A DNA stretch of 64,000 nt from Planctomycetota bacterium. Lineage in GTDB: Bacteria > Planctomycetota > GCA-002687715 > DRQF01. Position 1 is the first letter of the stretch; each line of letters opens with the position of its first letter. Under the pieces are notes generated by a model, which saw only the letters and a program-made list of their open reading frames with translations, had not been told where the DNA came from and searched no databases. Positions 60,625-64,000 of the stretch are shown here, piece after piece. The stretch is from assembly GCA_041402125.1 (NCBI GenBank), contig JAWKSY010000002.1, forward strand, positions 304,150-368,149, given 5' to 3'. The position numbers were made by a program, and so were the translations under genes.

Positions 60625-61781
60625 TCACGCTCCTCGTCGATGCCGAAGTCTTCGCGCCCGAGCCGCTCGGGCGGCGCTCGCTGCTGATCGGCGGCGGCGA
60701 GATCCTCTGGATGGGGGAGGGCGAGCCCGCCCTTCCTCCGGGTCTCGGCGTCGAGCGGATCGATCTCGGAGGACGGCGCCTGGTGCCGGCCCTGATCGAC
60801 GGCCACGCGCACGTCACCGGCGGCGGCGGCGAGGCGGGCTACGGCTCCAGCGTACCGCCGCAGCCGGCGGGCGTCTTCGCCGCGGCCGGCGTCGCCACCG
60901 TCGTCGGCGTGCTCGGGACCGACGACTGCGTCCGGACGACCGGCCAGCTCGTGAATGCGGTCCACGGCCTTCGCGCGGCCGGTCTCTCGGCGTTCTGCCA
61001 CACCGGCGGCTATCACTACCCGCTGACGACGCTCACCGGCTCCGCGCGCGAGGACATCGTCCACGTCGATCCGATCATCGGCATCGGCGAGTTCGCGATC
61101 TCCGATCACCGGTCGAGCCAGCCGACGCCGGACGAGTTCCGCCGCGTGGCCTCCGAGGCGCACGTCGCGGGCCTGATGACCGGCAAGGCCGGGATCCTCC
61201 ACCTGCATCTCGGCGACGGGCCTCGCGGCCTGGAGCTCGTGCGACGCGCGATCGCCGAGACCGAGCTGCCGGCGCGCGTCTTCCAGCCGACGCACGTGAA
61301 CCGCAACGCGCGCCTCTTCGCGGAGGCGATCGAGCTCACGCGATCGGGCGTGGTGATCGACGTCACCGCGTCCCCCGAGGAGGGCCCGGGCGTCGGCGAT
61401 GACGAGGTGCCGGCGACCCGCGCCGTGGCCGCCATCCTCGACGGTGCCGTCGATCCCCGGCGCTGGACCGTGAGCTCGGACGGCGGCGGCTGCCTGCCGG
61501 TCTTCGACGCCGAGGGACGGATCGCGCACCTCGACGTGGGGCGGCCCTCGACCCTTCCCGCGCTTCTCGCGCGGCTCCTCGACGCCGGCCGGCCGCTCGA
61601 GGCGATCCTGCCCGGCTTCACCCGCAACGTCGCGGATCTCCTGCGACTTCCGCGCAAGGGCCGCATCGCCGTCGGCGCCGACGCCGACCTGCTCGCCCTC
61701 GAGGACGGGAGTCACGGTGTGCGGGATCTCTGGGCGCGTGGGCGGCGTCTCGTGGCCGAGGGTCGGCTCCTGGTATCCTGA
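60621..61781 (+). CDS. iadA: isoaspartyl dipeptidase
   Basis: Matches E. coli IadA motif for motif: IDGHAHVTGGGGE, GIGEFAISDHRSS, PTHVNRN, SSDGGG. The likely GTG start at 60621 overlaps the upstream stop (GTGA). The alternative GTG at 60609 is in frame. Confidence 0.85.
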   Translation: MITLLVDAEVFAPEPLGRRSLLIGGGEILWMGEGEPALPPGLGVERIDLGGRRLVPALIDGHAHVTGGGGEAGYGSSVPPQPAGVFAAAGVATVVGVLGTDDCVRTTGQLVNAVHGLRAAGLSAFCHTGGYHYPLTTLTGSAREDIVHVDPIIGIGEFAISDHRSSQPTPDEFRRVASEAHVAGLMTGKAGILHLHLGDGPRGLELVRRAIAETELPARVFQPTHVNRNARLFAEAIELTRSGVVIDVTASPEEGPGVGDDEVPATRAVAAILDGAVDPRRWTVSSDGGGCLPVFDAEGRIAHLDVGRPSTLPALLARLLDAGRPLEAILPGFTRNVADLLRLPRKGRIAVGADADLLALEDGSHGVRDLWARGRRLVAEGRLLVS

Positions 61782-61852
61782 GTACGGTCGGAGGCCGGCG
61801 CTCGGCGTCGCCCTTCTCGTCGCGCTCCTGCGCACTGAACCCCGGTGGCACC

Positions 61853-62467
61853 ATGAGAAGATCGATCGACATCGCGCTTCTCGTCGTCGGCGTTCTCGCG
61901 GCCGCCCTCCCGATCCTCTACGGGCTCAACTCCGTCTCGCCGATGCAGAAGGCCTTCCGGTGTCGCGTCACGGTGGAGAATGCACTGGACGGCCCGATCG
62001 AGGTGACCCCGCTGGGGCAGTGGGATGCGTCGTCCCGGAGGCGAGGACTTCCGATCCTCGCCGACGGGCCGTTCGCCGTGTCGGAGAGCCGGCGCGGCGC
62101 CATGCCGATCGGTCCCGGTGACTCGATCGAGTTCACCTACGACTGGGACGACGTGTACTTCGTGGACCTGGTCGTGAGAGACATCGAATCCGATGTCCTC
62201 GGAGTGATCGTCGTCGACGAGCCGACGGACTTCTCGCGCTTCCGGGCCTTGAGTCCGCCGAAGGTGCGCGTCGTGCCGCTCGCCATCAAATGGGAGCTGA
62301 CGCCGGAGCAGTCGTCGGCCTGCGAGGAAGCCTCGAGACCCTCCACCTTCAATGGATGGGTCGTCATCCTGGCGGTCGTGTCTCTCGCGTCGTTCATCGC
62401 GCTCGGCGGGCGGATCCTCCGTCGCCGGAGGCGCGTCGCGGCGGCACCGATGGTCACGCCCGTCTGA
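61853..62467 (+). CDS. hypothetical membrane protein (N- and C-terminal TM helices)
   Basis: MRRSIDIALLVVGVLAAALPILYG near the start and WVVILAVVSLASFIALGG near the end. Confidence 0.5.
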   Translation: MRRSIDIALLVVGVLAAALPILYGLNSVSPMQKAFRCRVTVENALDGPIEVTPLGQWDASSRRRGLPILADGPFAVSESRRGAMPIGPGDSIEFTYDWDDVYFVDLVVRDIESDVLGVIVVDEPTDFSRFRALSPPKVRVVPLAIKWELTPEQSSACEEASRPSTFNGWVVILAVVSLASFIALGGRILRRRRRVAAAPMVTPV

Positions 62468-62633
62468 CCCGGTCGTCCTTCCCCATCCGGCGCCGCTTCG
62501 CGCGGTCTCGGGCCGATGGGGCGGTGGACATCTGCTTCTCGAGCCCCGCCGGATTTCCGGCAACCGGATCCGTCGCCGGCCGTGAACCGGGCGAGTGCGG
62601 ACGAGAGGCGGCGGAGTGAGGGCGCGGTCAGGC

Positions 62634-63122
62634 ATGGAGCGGATCGAGGAACTCATCGGTCGCAGCCGTCCCTCGCTCGTCGCCGCGTTGCGCGCCCGCG
62701 GTCTCGCGCCCGAGGAGGCCGAGGATCTGGCCCAGGAGTCCTCGCACCCCGCCCTGAGTTCGCGTCGCGAGCTCGAGACCGACCGTCCCGTCCTGCCCTG
62801 GCTCGTCGCGATCGCGATGCGCTGCCGCATCGATCGCTGGCGGAGGGAGCGGCGCGAGGAATCGGAGCGGGAGAACGAGGACCCCGGCGAGATCGCGACC
62901 CCGCTCGACCGCGCGATGGCGGAGGAGGACCGGAGCCGGCTGAGGGCCGGGCTCGCCGCGTTGCCGGAGGCGGATCGCCGCGCGCTCGACGACTTCTACC
63001 GGCTCGGGCTCGGCGTCGCCGAGATCGCCTCGCGCCACGGGGTCGCCGAGGGAACGATCAAGGCCCGGCTGCACCGGGCGCGACGCGCGCTGGCGGCGCG
63101 GCTGACGGAGGACGAACGATGA
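62634..63122 (+). CDS. ECF-subfamily RNA polymerase sigma factor
   Basis: Region 2 (AEDLAQE...) and region 4 (LPEADRRALDDFYRLGLGVAEIASRHGVAEGTIKARLHRARRAL). Confidence 0.8.
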   Translation: MERIEELIGRSRPSLVAALRARGLAPEEAEDLAQESSHPALSSRRELETDRPVLPWLVAIAMRCRIDRWRRERREESERENEDPGEIATPLDRAMAEEDRSRLRAGLAALPEADRRALDDFYRLGLGVAEIASRHGVAEGTIKARLHRARRALAARLTEDER

Positions 63123-63619
63123 CGGGGCATCCGACCGAGGACGAGGTCCAGGCGCGGCTCGACGGGGCGCTCGGCGAGGACGCCGTCCGGTCCCTCGACG
63201 ATCACCTCGAGACCTGCCCGGAATGCGCGGCGCGGTTCGCGGATCTGATCGCGGTCGATCGCTGGCTCCGCGTCGAGCTGACTCCGGCCGCGACCCCGCG
63301 CCGGCCGCGACGCGTCCGCCGCGTCGCGGCGGCGGCCCTGATCGGCGCGGCCGTGATCGCGCTCGGCTGGACGCTCCGGTCGAGGAACGAGGACCCCGAG
63401 GTGCGCGAGGGTGGTCCGTCCGAGGTCGGATCGCCCGGTGGGGAAGGGGTGGTCGGAGTCCTTTTGGCCTACGAGGCGCGGGAGACCGTGCGGACCGCGG
63501 CCGGCGAGGTCGAACGCCGCTGGAGCCTCGATGCGGACGGGAGCTGGCGGCGTCACGAGATCCGCCGGCAGGGCGAGATGACGATCGAGACCGAGGACCG
63601 AGGAGGTGCGACGCGATGA
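63119..63619 (+). CDS. anti-sigma factor (ZAS-type zinc finger, single TM)
   Basis: Its ATG overlaps the sigma gene's stop (ATGA). HLETCPECAARF motif of HxxxCxxC type. TM helix VAAAALIGAAVIALGW. Confidence 0.7.
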   Translation: MTGHPTEDEVQARLDGALGEDAVRSLDDHLETCPECAARFADLIAVDRWLRVELTPAATPRRPRRVRRVAAAALIGAAVIALGWTLRSRNEDPEVREGGPSEVGSPGGEGVVGVLLAYEARETVRTAAGEVERRWSLDADGSWRRHEIRRQGEMTIETEDRGGATR

Positions 63620-64000
63620 CGACGATGACGACGACCGGGCGCTGGCTCGCCCTTCTGGTGGTGCTCGGCGCGGGGCTGCCGCTCCGCGCGGCGATGGCGG
63701 ACGCCCCCGCGTTCCAGGACGAGTCGCGGCTCGAGATCTTCGATCTCCGGGATCTCGTCCGACGGAACGGGGGCGACGAGACGGACGAGGAACGCCTCGC
63801 CGTGATCTCGGCCGGGCTGAAGCAGATCGTCGGCTCACCGGGCACCTACGAGGTCGACCGGAAGACGGCGAGCCTCGTCGTCCGCGCCGAAGCGGAGGCG
63901 CTGCGGCGCGTCCGAGACTTCCTCACGGATCTCCGCGCGCAGATCGGGCGCACCTACTGGCTCCGGCTGGTCGCGCTGCCGGCGGGCTCGGTGAAGGCGG
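63616..64000 (+). CDS. secreted protein co-transcribed with the sigma/anti-sigma pair, 3'-partial
   Basis: Its ATG overlaps the anti-sigma stop (ATGA), with an AGGAGG RBS. Signal peptide MTTMTTTGRWLALLVVLGAGLPLRAAMA. The ORF runs to the window end. Confidence 0.55.
   Translation, partial: MTTMTTTGRWLALLVVLGAGLPLRAAMADAPAFQDESRLEIFDLRDLVRRNGGDETDEERLAVISAGLKQIVGSPGTYEVDRKTASLVVRAEAEALRRVRDFLTDLRAQIGRTYWLRLVALPAGSVKA

Overview
High-GC (~70%) bacterial chromosomal window, densely coding on both strands. Most of the long ORFs in the six-frame track are antisense or overlapping artefacts of the GC content. I used only those with a credible signal peptide, recognisable family motifs and plausible start/RBS context. 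Gene content is dominated by secreted/lipoprotein and envelope functions, with several Planctomycete-type families that also occur in Gemmatimonadota, Verrucomicrobia and Myxococcota. Recognisable genes include a 9-heme c-type cytochrome with an Ig-like C-terminal domain, an RRM/glycine-rich RNA-binding protein, an ATP-grasp (Ddl-like) + HExxH metallopeptidase pair beside an FkbM methyltransferase, a PSCyt/DUF1549/DUF1553 + DUF1501 pair, DUF885, an NHL-repeat protein, an Fpg/Nei glycosylase, a patatin-like lipase, a purple-acid phosphatase, a DUF1111 di-heme peroxidase, TamA/TamB, xylA, an M14 carboxypeptidase, rpsU, mscL, a dienelactone hydrolase, a cyanophycinase-like S51 lipoprotein + YfcC transporter + isoaspartyl dipeptidase operon, and an ECF sigma/anti-sigma pair. 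No rRNA, tRNA or CRISPR was found. Three things stand out. First, a 1.17-kb low-GC islet carrying a NYN-domain gene is inserted into the last codons of the multiheme cytochrome gene and is flanked by 36-bp direct repeats that re-create the gene's 3' end. Second, a 3-copy tandem array of ~307-bp structured units, each containing a 34-bp perfect hairpin, sits downstream of the TPR gene; each unit re-creates the last ~30 nt plus stop codon of that gene. Third, at least five genes (NYN, tamB, mscL, a ~915-aa secreted protein, and possibly the tamA 5' end) have +/-1 frameshifts in short G/C homopolymer runs, with the conserved continuation readable in another frame. That pattern points to assembly indel errors, or less likely to pseudogenes. 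Coordinates were cross-checked against ORF frames where possible and may still be off by 1-3 nt.
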